NCBI RefSeq assembly: GCF_009914755.1
Contig: NC_060938.1
Length of the DNA stretch: 64,000 bases
From: the human T2T-CHM13v2.0 reference genome, Homo sapiens
Strand: one strand, 5' to 3'
Of this stretch, positions 1 through 14,790 are shown piece by piece. Positions within the stretch are counted from its first letter, which is position 1; every line of letters starts with the position of its first letter. Position numbers and translations under genes: made by a program. The notes under the pieces are model-generated. The model saw nothing but the letters and a program-made list of their open reading frames with translations, made no database searches and was not told where the DNA came from.

Positions 1-160
1 TTCCTCCTTCCCTCCCTCCCTCCCTCTCCTTTCTTTCCTCTCTCTCTCACTCCCTCCTTTGTTTCTTCCTTTCCTTCTTTTTCTTTCTCCCCTCCTTCCT
101 TCCTTTTTTGCTTCTTCCCTCCCTTCCTCCCTCCCTTCCTCCCTCCTTCCTTTCTTCCTC
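1..160. repeat. CT-rich polypyrimidine low-complexity tract (CCTT/CCCT-like)
   Basis: Almost purely C/T, built from ttcc/ctcc units; truncated by the window start. Confidence 0.9.
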
Positions 161-164
161 TCAG

Positions 165-1210
165 CACATACTCCTGGAGCATATACCCCGCTCTGTGCCA
201 GGCACTGTTCTAAGCACTGCATAAATAGCAGCAAACAGACAACTTTTCTGCCCTCATGGATGTTCCATTCTCATGGGGGAAGACTGTTAACAAGCAATGG
301 ATGCATTTACACTATGACAAGTGTGTATAATATGACAGTGGAGGAAAATAAAGCCAAACAAGAGAACCACCAATGTGGCATGAGTGATTGGAGGTGTTAT
401 TTTACTGGGGGCTTCTCTGATAAGGTGATAGTTGAATGGAGTTCAGAAGGAAGTAAGGGAAAACGTCATTCCAGGCAGAGGGAAGGGCAGGTGCAAAGAC
501 CCGAGGCAGGCGATTGCTTGCTGTGTTCAAGAACAGTCAAGAAGCCAGAGTGGCTGGAGCAGGAGGAAAGAAGGCTAGAGTGATGGGGGCTGCTGTCAGA
601 GGTTGAGGTGCAGACTGCGTTTGGTCATAGGAGCTGCTGTCATGAATTGGTGTTTACCCTGAGCTGGGAAGCTAAAGTAGGTTTGTAAGGAGGCAAATGA
701 CATCAGCTGGTTGCCAAATGAAAACAGTTTGCGAGGCAAGGGACAGGCGGGACCATTATGTAGGGTGTGGCTTCAATGGTCCCAGTGACTGAGTGTGGTG
801 GCAGAGGTGATAGCAAGGGTGTCAAATTCTGAATGTATGTTCAAGGCAGAGCCGGAGACTCCGCTGAGTGATTGTGTGTGAATCATGGGGAAGGGAGTGA
901 GATCCATCAAGGATGACACCAAGGTTTTTGTCTTTAGAGTGCCATTTACAGAGATGAGAAAGACTGAACAAGTTTTTTTTTCATTTTATTTGTTTGCATT
1001 GTTTGAAGATCTGGATTTCTGTTTCATTCGTATTTAATTTAAGCTTCCTTTTATGCAGCCAAGTGATGGTGTTGAGGAGGTAGCTGGATTTAAGGATCTG
1101 AGGTCATGGGAGATTCAAAATTGGGAGTCATCTCTAAAGAGATAGTATCTAAGGACATAGCTTCGAAGGAGATTACCTGGGGAAAAATATAAAACAGGGA
1201 AGAAGTGGCT
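165..1210 (-). mobile_element. L2 LINE relic
   Basis: Antisense L2 hallmarks tgtgccaggcactgttctaagcactg, ctgccctcatgga, aaggatgacaccaaggttttt; boundaries approximate. Confidence 0.75.
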
Positions 1211-1269
1211 CCTAGGACCATTCAATGTAGCCTAAGTGTCATATGACTGGGGAGTGCCTACATTGATAT

Positions 1270-1465
1270 TTCTCTCCTCTGGACTGCAATTTTTCAGCCT
1301 GTTTGCACCGCTGACTGTGACTTTAGTAAAAACTGCATTCCTTATTATACCTGTCTTGGTATCACCCTGCATACCCAGTGCCTAGCACAGAGGCCTGCCT
1401 CGAGTAGATGCTCAATTGTTGAGTGAGTCACTGAATGAATGCATTGATAATAGGAATGAATGAAT
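1270..1465 (+). mobile_element. L2 3' end
   Basis: cccagtgcctagcacagaggcctg...tagatgctcaat followed by a (gaat)n tail. Confidence 0.7.
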
Positions 1466-1559
1466 GAGGCATATGTTGACTTTCCGATGTCACTTGTGAG
1501 CACATTAAGGGCAGTGGAAAAGACATCCTAAGCAGCTTGTGCCCCAGTTGGGAAGCATC

Positions 1560-2222
<663 letters not shown>

Positions 2223-2749
2223 GGCTCATGTTTTCTCTAATAATTTATACTTCCAAAAGCTCTTCTGTCTGTTTTTCTCTCTTGGTACTTGGTGACCCAG
2301 TAAGAGGCTCTCTAGGACAGGTAATAGACACTGACTTTACTGATTAGGACAAGAGGGCTCGGCAGGGAGGCCACTTGGCCAGAGCCCCACAGCTGGTGTG
2401 TGATGAAGGGAGTGCCCCAAGTTATCCTAATTCATAGTTTTGCAAGTTGCCTTTTTTTTTTTTTTTTTGCAGTGCCTTGACCCCATTAAAAGGCTCTGAA
2501 AAAAGTATAAAGATAGGGGAAAGCAGAGCAGAAGGCTTGGGCAGAGCTCTGGGACTCGGATGGAAAGCATCCCCACTTGGAGGTGCTCACAAGCGGAAGC
2601 CCCTCTGGGAGAGGAGACAAATGGGAAAGCAGATGGAAAAGCTTTTGGTGGAGCCAATTTGCAGATCTGTAAAATGGGTTCTTTCCGGCCTACTGTGCTT
2701 GCTTTTATTTCGCTCCTTGACCCTTCCCTCAACACCCAAATCTCCAAGT

Positions 2750-3010
2750 CAGATCTACTTGTCCCCCTCCAGGTTAAGATGCTGCCCCTTCAGGAAGCCT
2801 GCCTATCCTCCTATCCTCTTCTTTTTAAAGAAATCTCCACCTCTAAACTTCCATAGCAGTGTACACCTCCCTGTCTATGGCACTGGTCACTGTCCTCCAA
2901 GATTAGACCCATGTGAATGGGTGTGGCATCTCCTCTGCAGATGGTGAGCTCCTTGAGGGCAGAGATTGCACCCATTCCATCCTTGCATTCCAGCACCAGC
3001 AGGGCCTGTG
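2750..3010 (+). mobile_element. L2 fragment
   Basis: cccttcaggaagcctgcct...gtgagctccttgagggcagaga...ccagcaccagcagggcctg. Confidence 0.55.
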
Positions 3011-3034
3011 AGTGGAGATGTGGTAGAGGACAGA

Positions 3035-3388
3035 TGTATTAGTCTGTTGTCACATTGCTGATAAAGACATACCCAAGACTGGGAAATTTACAAAAGAAAG
3101 AGGTCGAATTGGACTTACAGTTCCACGTGGCTGGGGCAGCCTCACAATCACGGTGGAAGGCAAGGAGGAGCAAATCACATCTTACATGGATGGCAGCAGA
3201 TGAACAGTGCTTGTGCAGGGGAACTCCCCCTTATCATACCGTCAGATCTCATGAGACTTGCTCACTATCATGAGAACAGCATGGGAGACACCTGCCCCCA
3301 TGATTCAGTTACCCCCCAACCAGGTCCCTCCCACAACATGTGGGAATTCAAGATGAGATTTGGGTGGGGACACAGCCAAACCATAAGA
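3035..3388 (-). mobile_element. THE1 (ERVL-MaLR) solo LTR, THE1C/D-like
   Basis: tgtattagtctgtt...ctgataaagacatacccaagactggg through gagatttgggtggggacacagccaaaccata. Confidence 0.9.
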
Positions 3389-4469
3389 GCAGGTGACTCC
3401 CAGGAGGTGATGGAAGGAGGCACAGGGTTAGGTGTGGAAGCGAGAGAAATTGGGACTTGGTTGATTTCAGCAGAGCAGGGCACTGGTCGGTGATTCACGG
3501 GAGCATGGTGGAAATGAAACTGAACAGCCAATGGAACTCTTGGACTGAAGACCAACTCAAGAGCCATTGAGAAGCCACCAGGAGCTCTGTTTCACTGAGA
3601 AGGAAACTTGAGTCTCTGAGAGATGAAGTGGCCTTCTCAAAGTCATAGGGGCAGGAAGAGGCACAGCTGAGACAGAACTTGGATCTCCTGGTGGCACTTA
3701 TTCAGCTTGGTGGAAATACCAGAACCACAAAGCCTTGACATAGTTTGAGGGGAGACCATCAGGTCACTCCTGATGCTGCAGACCCAGTCCTGCCAGGGGG
3801 ACTCTGGCATGGCCCTTTGGTCCGAGGTGGCCCCTGCACCACATCCACCTTCCCGAGGAACACAGGGATGGGGCTGGGCGAGGTCCAGCTGGCTCAGCTC
3901 CTTCATTTACCAATGTGTGAACTAACCTCATTCTCCAGGACATTATGATGGTGCCCAGTGCTGTGGCACTGGGTATTTGCCGGAGCTCATCCAGGGAAGC
4001 TCTTTTGCATACTGCCTGACACATGGTTGGTGCTCAGTGTAACCTCATCTTTTTTGCCTCCATAGCTGTTGCTGCTATTCTAGGCTCTGCTTCTATCATC
4101 ATAGAGCTGTGACACTTGGGAAAGGGCCCTTCACCTTTCTGAGCCTCAGTTTCCCCATGTGATTGCCAAGGGCACCTTTAGGATGGCCATTCAATGACTC
4201 CCCCACCTGGTTTCACCTCTTCTGCCTGGACCACAGGCAAAGGGACAAGCAGCAGCATTGGGACATCTGGGGAAATGTCTTCAATATATAATATGGAACT
4301 TTCGGGGGTCTGGCTTCAAGTTCATAACATTGGAGGATTAAAAGGAAAATGGTAATGAAATGGTGATATTAGGGAAGCTCACTGGGCTGTAGAGATGGGA
4401 CAGGATGCCGTGTGAGGAGCAGCCTGCACAGGCAGGGGCTGGGGCAATTGAATGGGCCCAGGAGTGAGA

Positions 4470-4680
4470 TGTCCACAGGTTTGACTCCTGGCTTGACCGC
4501 ACACTACCATAGACCTCACCCAAGCAATTTGACCTCAATTTTTCTCATCTGTAAAATGGAGAGATAACAGTATCTACCTTATACTATGGGTAAGGATTAA
4601 GTGAGATAATACAATGACAATGAAATGCCCAGTTAGTGGTGAACACTGGGTCTGTGCTAGCACTTATTATTGTTATTGAT
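4470..4680 (+). mobile_element. MIR SINE
   Basis: cctcaatttttctcatctgtaaaatggagataacagtatctacct...ggattaagtgagataat. Confidence 0.75.
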
Positions 4681-4915
4681 CACCCATGGCTCCTACTCTA
4701 TAGCTGGGCGGAGGCAAGATCTTTGTCCCTGGTGCGGCCCAGATTTAACCCCTACCTCCTTTCCTTCCCCAAAGACATGTGCTTAGCTCTGTAGGTGCTG
4801 GGGCTATATCTACTGAATACACTGAATAAGAAAACCCAGGGCTGCCCTCAAGGGGCTGTCTGTCTCCCTGCAGAGTCAGCCAAAGGAGACTGTGTTAAGA
4901 AGAGATGGTGCTATT

Positions 4916-5630
4916 CAGTTAGAATGGTGATCATTAAAAAGTCAGGAAACAATGGGTGCTGGAGAAGATGTAGAGAAATAGGAACACTTTTACACTGTTG
5001 GTGGGACTGTCAACTAGTTCAACCATTGTGGAAGACAGTGTGGCAATTCCTCAAGGATCTAGAACTAGAAATACCATTTTACCCAGCCATCCCATTACTG
5101 GGTATATACCCAAAGGATTATAAATCATGCTGTTATAAAGACACATGCACATGTATGTTTATTTTGGCACTGTTCACAATAGCAAAGACTTGGAACCAAC
5201 CCAAATGTCCAACAATGATAGACTGGATTAAGAAAATGTGGCACATATACACCATGGAATACTATGCAGCCATAAAAAAGAATGAGTTCATGTCCTTTGT
5301 AGGGACATGGATGAAGCTAGAAACCATCATTCTGAGCAAACTATCACAAGGACTGAAAACCAAACACTGCATTTCTCACTCATAGGTGGGAATTGAACAA
5401 TGAGAACACTTGGACACAGGGTGGGGAACATCACACACCAGGGCCTGTCATGGGGTGAGGGGAGGGGGGAGGGATAGCATTAGGAGATATGCCTAATGTG
5501 GATGACGAGTTAACGGGTGCAGCACACCAACATGGCACATGTATACATATGTAACAAACCTGCACGTTGTGCACATGTACCCTAGAACTTAAAATATAAT
5601 AAATAAATGAATAATAAATAAATAAATAAA
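4916..5630 (+). mobile_element. 5'-truncated L1PA4/5-type LINE-1 (ORF2 C-terminus plus 3'UTR)
   Basis: ORF2 CCHC region (HCWWDC..., [18 protein letters not shown]), 3'UTR, A-rich tail; TSD aagaagagatggtgctattca at 4897-4917 and 5630-5650. Confidence 0.95.
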
Positions 5631-5727
5631 AGAAGAGATGGTGCTATTCATTCTGTATGGACAAGGCAGAATCAGGGAAGGCTTCTCAGAAGAGGTGACA
5701 GAGGAGCATGGTCTTATGGTAAGTGAA

Positions 5728-6060
5728 AGTATCTTAGTTCAGGCTGCTATAACAAAGATATTATAGACTGGACAATTTATAAACAATGAGCATTTATTTG
5801 TCACAGTTCTGGAGGCTGGGAAGTCCAAGATTAAGGAGCCAGCAAAGTCAGTGTCTGGGACCACTTTCTGGTTTACATACGGTGCCTTCTCACTGTGTCC
5901 TCACATGGCGGAAGGGATAAACAAGCTCCCTCGAACTTCTTTTACAAGGACACCAATCCCATTTGTGAGAGCTCCTTAAAGGCTCACCTCTTAATACCAT
6001 CACACTGGGGACAGGTTTCAATGCAGGAATTTAGGGGGCACAAACACTCAGAGTGCAGCA
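5728..6060 (-). mobile_element. MLT1A-type MaLR LTR
   Basis: caggctgctataacaaa...cacagttctggaggctgggaagtccaagat...ggggcacaaacactcag. Confidence 0.8.
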
Positions 6061-6156
6061 GAAGGGAAGGCAAGCAGTTTGATTCAAGAACCTAAAGGGG
6101 CCAGAGGACGTGAACCGAGATGCACGTGTGGGAGGGAAGGCTTTCTGTTCAGAAAC

Positions 6157-6566
6157 CAAGGGTTGGCAAATTACAGCCTGTAGTCACATCCAGCCTGAGC
6201 CTGTTTGTGTATGGCTTGCAAGCTGAGAACAGTTTTTACAATGAACATTTGCAGTTGATTTGAAGATAGGAAACACTATCAAATGTTAAATAAAATATTA
6301 TCTCAAAAAATTCATTTTTCTTACGTGCAGACCTGTATGATAAAAAATAAATACACCCAACCATTCCATGTTTAATTTCATCAATAAAAATTTTGAGAAA
6401 AAATGTTTTCCCTCTTATTGTATAAGTATGTCATACTCTTGATTTTGCCTCTTAGTCTGCATTAGCTCATTTAAGCCTGTTTGTTGCCTGCACTAGGAAG
6501 GACAAACTGAAAAGCCTAAACTATGTATTAGATGTGGCTTTTTACAGAAAAAGTGTGCCACTCTCA
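6157..6566 (+). mobile_element. MER58/Cheshire-type hAT-Charlie element carrying a foreign insert of about 50 bp
   Basis: Termini caagggttggcaaa and tttacagaaaaagtgtgcca; degenerate 8-bp TSD tcagaaac/tcttaaac. Confidence 0.8.
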
Positions 6567-6997
6567 TCTTAAACTCTGGGAAGAGAAGAACTATTTCTAT
6601 TCACTGAGTGCCTCGGCACTCCTAGGAATGTACCAGCACTTTCAGACGCACTGCTATTTTTTAAATCTTGATCATGACTTTGCAAATTTCACAAACAATG
6701 AAAGGAGGTCCTGTGAAGTCAAACGGCCTTCAAAAGTCACAAGATAGGAGTTGACAGAAGCGGGATTTGAACCCAGACCTTCTTGTTCCAGAGTCACCTT
6801 TCTGTCGACTACGCCCTGTTAGATCACCAAGGGTCAGCACCAGGTAATTTTAAGACAGGCAGATAAGGAATGCCACTATTCTTTCACTCATTCCATTGAG
6901 CCTCTTCTTAAAATCTTAAAAGAGCCATTCTGACTAAAAATCCCTGGGCCTCTCAGGTCTCCAGTTGCTCTCTTGAACTGGGGGATTGGCAGCTTAG

Positions 6998-7433
<436 letters not shown>

Positions 7434-7679
7434 GGCCCTTGTGAGCTCCAAAATTCCCTCCTCCACCACAAAGGTGGCTGACGGTCGCTGTGGGGTGTAG
7501 GCGGTCAAAGATGTAGCCTTTACAAACGTACGGACCCTGGCCTGGGCTCCACACCCCTGGCTGCTCCTTGCTGACATGGGGGAGAAAGACGACCCACCTT
7601 ACTGAGAGCAGAGCTCACTGCAGTACTAGAGATGCTGGTTCCGCAGCTCTTGCAGCAGTGTGAGCAAGCCGGAATACAT

Positions 7680-7870
7680 TTTAGAAAACTTAATGGAAAA
7701 GGAGAAAACACCCACATTAAGAAAACAAATCCGAGTGCCTTGGCGTGCCTTCAGACGCAGACTGTGGTGTGATAGTCATCTTTATTAACTTTCCATCCTG
7801 GACTGATCTCCAGTGACGGCACAATTATCATAGCCAGGCAATCGATACCTCATTAAGGGTAAGGCTCCAG
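7680..7870. promoter_or_regulatory. Candidate conserved non-coding element / enhancer
   Basis: No recognisable repeat; dense TAAT/ATTA, TTTATTA and ACAAT motifs, retained CpGs; conservation not tested. Confidence 0.35.
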
Positions 7871-9630
7871 AGGAGGAAGAGAGCAAACCTGGGTCTTTCT
7901 GAAATGCATTCCCCTCTTTTTAGGTTTCCTTGCTTGTATAAAGAGAAATAGTGCGTACTTGCCTCTGACAAACAAACACAGCCTTCCAGAGTTGAGGGAA
8001 CCTCATTCCCGAAGGCGATTGTTAGCTGTGCAAGCCAAATGCCCTTGTCCTCCCCCGATGAAGGTCCCCGATGAATGGAGACATTTAGAAGTTTCCCATT
8101 TCTCTCTGATGTCAGAGATGTTTTAACCAGCTGGGGGCAGAATTACATTCTGGAAATTATAGGGGATGAGGGGAAAAAAAAAAAAGTGAACATTACAAAT
8201 ACAGTAGTCTTTCGGATTCTGATCTTCACTATTAATGCATTATAAAACAACTTAAAAAATCCTATCAGGAGAAGTGATGTTTGAAGCCACGATATATTTT
8301 AAAAGTGTCAGGACATGGGCAAGTTTACATCTGACAAACAATTTAAATATTTCAATATATTTTATATCTTTAAAAAAAATTGCCAGGATCAAACCCTAGA
8401 TGAAACTCTTTCATTTGGTACCTGGGTAGGAAAACATTGAGTTACAAATCTTTTTGACAATGTGGATTCTGGGTGTTACATAACCATTTTTAATCTTCTG
8501 AAATATTTCATTGCCTGGGAAAGCAAATCAGGGACTGGTATTGTGTGCTTTTAAATTCATTTGTCTTAACACCCTTTCACTTTCTTGTTCAGCTTTGATG
8601 GTGTGATTACTTCTCTACATAAATATAAGCCTGAATTCATTCTGGGTATAAGCCTTATCTCTTTCCTCAGTGGTGATAAGGGATGGAGAGGCCCCCTTTT
8701 TTTTTCCTGGTGGGCTTTAAAGTGAATTTAGTAGTGAATAGTGTCTGCTGTTTCAGAAAAGCCCATTTATTTCTCCTTATAATCAGAATAGCACAGACCA
8801 CGGAGCCCAGCATTTCCTCATTCCAGGTTCAGACACAGGGAAGATTTATCGAGCATCTACTATGAATTGGACACCCTGCTAGGCATGGCCCTGCCAGGAG
8901 GAACAAGGCACACACCGTTGTCCTTTAGGGCTTGTCTGCATTAGCTTGTTTAAGCCTGTTTGTTGCCTGCACTAGGAAGGACAATTAACTTGCCCCCACT
9001 GTAGTCAGTGAGAGAGTGGGGAGTTAGACTCCAGGTTGTCTGAATCCAGTTTTTCCTTGCTGAGGACCCGGTCGAGGAGCAATGAGTGGGAGTAGGGAGG
9101 AAAAATCATGTCAGGCCATGGTAATGATGGGAGCTGGGGTCCCTGGAGGCAGGGAGGTGGGCGAATGGTTTGTCCTATGCTTTGCAATTGTCCTTAAGCT
9201 CATCACCAGGTTGGTGGTGGTGGTGGCAGGGCTGCAGGACGTGCTGGGTCAGCTCCTGGGTCATTCTAGATTGCCATGGAAAACCTTCCCCTACCGACAT
9301 TTTATTTCTTCCAAAATTCCTTTTGCAGATTATTTCCCTTTCTGTTCTTCTTGGCTCTGTCAACCAAACAGTCTCAAAAGCAATGGGAGGTCCCCTCGCC
9401 CAGCTTTTCAATGCCTTGAAGGAAAAATGAAGCCCCCAGAAGGACTCAAGCTCCAGGGAAGTGCAGTTCCATGAATAACTCCCCTGGAATGCCTTAGCCA
9501 GAAAATGTCCAAAGCTGGTTCTGGCTGAGCTGGAGACGGAGAGACCTCCATGGACAGAAAGCCATGCCTTCTAGTTGCAGAGTGGCATCCTGGGGAGCAG
9601 AAATGTTCCATCTGGAGACAGTTCAGAAGG

Positions 9631-10201
<571 letters not shown>

Positions 10202-10544
10202 GTATTCATTTATTTAATTTTTTTTTAGTGATGACGGAAGAATCTATTTTAATTGGAAGGCGTGGCTTGGGGGGCTTTTCTTTCCTCTTCCAACTCTCTC
10301 AGTACTGTAGCCCCCAGGCCACCCCAGAAAAAGATATAAGAATACACTGTGAGTTGATTACAGCACTTCAGCTTTAAAACCAGGTCCCCAGTCCTCTCTT
10401 CCAAGCAGATAGGCACCCCCAGCCCCTCCCATGTAGAAATTCTGGAGCCTTACTGGCTTTAATCAAATGTGCTTTTAGTCTCACTCAGGCCAGTTAATCC
10501 CCATTTGTGGTGACTCCCCTGCTTATAGCAGACGCCGCTGGCGG

Positions 10545-12370
10545 CAGAGTCATCTTTATAAACGGCCATGGTGATCGCATCACACCTCTGCTTGCAAACC
10601 CTCGCCAGGAGATGACGTTGCTGTCACTAGAAATGACTCACCTGGAGAAGACATTTATGCAGCCAAAAGACATATGAAAAAATGCTCATCATTACTGGCC
10701 ATCAGAGAAATGCAAATCAAAACCACAATGAGATACCATCTCACACCAGTTAGAATGGTGATCATTAAAAAGTCAGGAAACATCAGGTGCTTGAGAGGAT
10801 GTGGAGAAATAGGAACACTTTTACACTGTTGGTGGGACTGTAAACTAGTTCAACCATTGTGGAAATCAGTGTGGTGATTCCTCAGGGATCTAGAACTAGA
10901 AATACCACTTGACCCAGCCATCCCATTACTGGGTATATACCCAAAGGACTATAAATCATGCTGCTATAAAGACACATGCACACGTATGTTTATTGAGGCA
11001 TTATTCACAATAGCAAAGACTTGGAACCAACCCAAATGTCCAACAATGATAGACTGGATTAAGAAAATGTGGCTCATATACACCATGGAATACTATGCAG
11101 CCATAAAAAATGATGAGTTCATGTCCTTTGTAGGGACATGGATGAAATTGGAAATCATCATTCTCAGTAAACTATGGCAAGAACAAAAAACCAAACACCG
11201 CATATTCTCACTCATAGGTGGGAACTGAACAATGAGAACACATGGACACAGGAAGGGGAACATCACACTCTGGGGACTGTTGTGGGGTGGGGGGAGGGGG
11301 GAGGGATAGCATTAGGAGATATACCTAATGCTAGATGACGAGTTAGTGGGTGCAGCGCACCAGCATGGCACATGTATACATATGTAACTAGCCTGCACAT
11401 TGTGCACATGTACCCTAAAACTTAAAGTATAATAATAATAAATTAAAAAAATTGTAGTATCCTTTAGTTTTAACAAAAAAATAAAAAATAAAAAAAAATA
11501 AAGACACATGCACACGTATGTTTATTGCAGCATTATTCACAATAGCAAAGACTTGGAACCGACCCAAATGTCCATCAATGATAGACTGGATTAAGAAAAT
11601 GTGGCACATATACACCATGGAATACTATGCAGCCATAAAAAAGGATGAGTTCATGTCCTTTGTAGGGACATGGATGAAGCTGGAAACCATCATTCTCAGC
11701 AAACTATCACAAGGACAAAAAACCAAACACCGCATATTCTCACTCATAGGTGGGAATTGAACAATGAGAACACATGGACACAAGAAGGGGAATATCACAC
11801 ACTGAGGCCTGTTGTGGGGTGGGGGGAGAGGGAGGGGGAGGGATAGCATTAGGAGATATACCTAATGTAAATGACTAGTTAATGGGTGCAGCACACCAAC
11901 ATGGCACATGTATACATATGTAACAAACCTGCACGTAGTGCACATGTACCCTAAAACTTAAAGTATAATTAAAAAAAAAAGACATGACTCACCTGGCAAG
12001 CTCTTATTGTCCTTTAGGTCTCAGCTGAGATGCCCTTTCCTCTAGGAAGGATTTTCTCATCCTAACCCACCTGAACCCACCTCCCGGCAAAAAGCCCAAG
12101 GGTTAGAAGCCCTCCTGTGCACCTTCAGGGCACCTTAGAACCTCCCATCAGGGCTTCTGCCACCCTGTGTTATCATTTCACAAATGGCATGTCTGCATCT
12201 TTTCCTAGACTTTCAGCTCCTTCAGAGCAGGGGATCCCCCTTGTCCTTCACCATGTCCCAGCACCTAGCAGAGGCTGGTACAGAGCAGGTGCTCAGAGTG
12301 TGTTTGCCAAATGACTGACTACTAACCTAGTGAATGAGCAGGCCAATGGAAGAATCAATGAATGAATGAC
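10545..12370 (+). mobile_element. L2 relic interrupted by the L1 composite
   Basis: L2-like gatcgcatcacacctctgcttgcaaaccctc before the L1; cctttaggtctcagctgagatg...gcacctagcagaggctggtacagagcaggtgctca...gaatgaatg after it. Confidence 0.6.
10646..11980 (+). mobile_element. Composite LINE-1: L1PA2-type 3' end, 23-nt unique spacer and A-tract, then an older L1PA4-type 3' end, all within one TSD
   Basis: Two tandem L1 3'UTRs; TSD aga(a/c)atgactcacctgg at 10629-10645 and 11980-11996. Confidence 0.92.
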
Positions 12371-14629
12371 GGTGTTAAAGAGAGTTTCAGTGACTCAGTA
12401 AAACATTTTTGATGTAATATTCCACAAAAGGTTTCAGACTCTAAGTTGTGCACATATAATGGCTTTTATGCAATATTATATACATACTTTAAAGATTACT
12501 GAGTAAAGGGAAGAATCTCATTGCAGAAGCAAGGAAAAGTGACAGTGGTCCCACACTTACGAGGCCAGAGCCATAAAGTTGAATGCCTGTAGCAGCAGCT
12601 GCCTTTTACGGATTTCTGGGGCAGTCAAGCTTCAACTGCTAAAGACCGCAGGGTTAACTCATGGATGAGATCCTATACATTCTCAGTGGTGCCCCCATTT
12701 CTTTTTCCTACGAGGCCTTCTTTATTTAGGGTAGATACCAAGTACACAAAATCAAAAGGGCCATAGGAGTGTCAGAGGGGGCAGATTAGAGGAATATTCT
12801 TTATCTTTTAGCCGCTTGGCATCATCTCACCCTTCTCTCCCTTTGGGAAAAATTCTGGCTTCTACACGGACCCAGGAGGAGACCAGTCCTGGGTGACCCC
12901 CTCCTTCTGCTGCCTGTCCTCCCACACCAAGGAGCTCAGGTCCTTCTCCCACCAGCTTGGTGGTACAGCAAGGGGACAGGCTCATGACCTTGGCTCAGCC
13001 CATGAGACGCAAACTCCCAGATGCCAGCTTTGTGGACTTGGTGGCAGTTGGAGTGGGCCATGCTAGGTTGCCAATGCTGTCTCTGCTCCTGTGCCAGCGT
13101 AGTCCTACACAAGCCTGGTCCTCAGCCTCCCATCAAATCTGTCCACCCCTTGCCTTCTTCCAATAGCCTGCCCCCACTCCCTTTGTTGCAAAAAGCAGGC
13201 AGAGTAGGTTTCCACTAACTTTAACAAGAACTCATATACATACATCAATCGATTGGTTGAACAGCCAGTTGATCACTGAATCCATCTGAGGACCTCTATG
13301 TGACCAGCATTGTGCAAGGATGCTCTATCTGTCTCTGAGCACCTCCATCCCGGTTTTCCCTGCATCCCAGGGTACTGACCCTCCCCAGTGCACAGAAGGC
13401 TTGAGTAGCCCCAGCCCAGGTCCCTAGTCTTACCTCCCAATGCATCCCACATGGATGCAACTATTGTCCTCAGTTCTGATACCTCCACGTTCATCTCCAT
13501 AACAAAACCCATTGCTCACCAAACTGTCCAAGACATTTCCTTGGGTCCTTATAACCTTCCTGGAACCTCAGTTCTTCACAGACCTGCCTTGGCTTTGTAG
13601 GACAGAGACAAGTGACCAGCCAGGGCCACTTACACTTGCTGTTGTATATTGCAGGTCCTGCTGCCTGTGCGCTTCCCATCTTGCCATCCCTGGATTCCCT
13701 GCTCCTTCTAATGTCCATCTTGTATATTTCATTCTGGGCCTGTTGACTATTGGCCCATTTTCTAGACATCTTTTGTACCTGCTGGACCCCCAAATGAGCT
13801 ACGTTAGGGTCACCCCCAGTGTCCTGCTCTGCCAGGAACAGTGACCTCCTTGTCTCCCCTGCAGAGCCTGGTGAGGAAGATGTAACCAAGATGCAGGACA
13901 CCCCAAGAACAGTCACGTGCTAACTGTGTGGTGGAGGCTACAGCACAGCTGGGGTCTGCAGAGCACTGTGATGCACCCTGTAATCTTCAGGATTGCAGCT
14001 TCCCATTTGTTACCTCTTCCAAGTGTCAAGAACGCTGAGGCCTCAGAGACATGGGCCTGGATGCCACACAGAGCCCATTGCTGACAGCAGGAACACCCAG
14101 TAGGTCAGCATCCCCCACTGTCAGTCTGCAAAGGGTCAGGCTGCATTCCAAACAGGAGCTGCAGGGCAGATTGGAAGAGCCCTGGGCAATGGCACTGGAG
14201 GCTTTTGTTTTTGTGTGGCTTTAGTTCCTCAGGGGCTGTGTGACCTTGAAGATCTCTCATCTTCATTAAAAAAAAAAAATTAAAACACAAGGAAGTTAAA
14301 CCGGAGGACACATCTGAGACACTGAAGAATAATCATAACAAGGATAAGGAGGGAGCATCATTTATTGAATGCCTACTGTGTGCCATAAGCTTCAGGCACA
14401 TTGTCCCATCTCATCCTCACAATCGCATTTTCCCCATTTTGCTGAATCTTATGGCTCCCCTGTCTGGAAATGCACCGATGCTTTCACGACTGTAAAACCA
14501 AAGTGGAACTTTTCTGGGCTGGTGAAGAGCCCTTGTTTAGTCGAGAGCAAGGGAACTCGGTTGTGTTCCTCTGATTGCACTTCAGGTCACTTAGTCCCTA
14601 AATGTACAACCGAAAAAACACTAACTGGT

Positions 14630-14790
14630 AACTGATCAAATTATCCTGTTAGGAAGATAGATGGTTATAATAGCAGCAGGGAAAATAACCCCAGAGTTGA
14701 ACAATGTAATTATATGTGGGTTAGATTCAATATTAAGTCACCCCGTAATCATGTAAAATTTATATTTTGGTTCTTGAACTATTTTTCTCT
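14630..14790. promoter_or_regulatory. Candidate conserved non-coding element / enhancer
   Basis: Unique AT-rich block with gatcaaa, aacaatg (SOX), taatta, taatc and agatag; conservation not tested. Confidence 0.35.

Noticed and set aside
59-583. 174-aa ORF with a hydrophobic N-terminus resembling a signal peptide
   Set aside because: It is a translation of the CT-rich tract plus antisense L2.
4795-5385. 196-aa ORF, and similarly 31097-31819 and the ORFs in 10674-11760
   Set aside because: These are L1 ORF2 C-terminal remnants of truncated insertions, not host genes.
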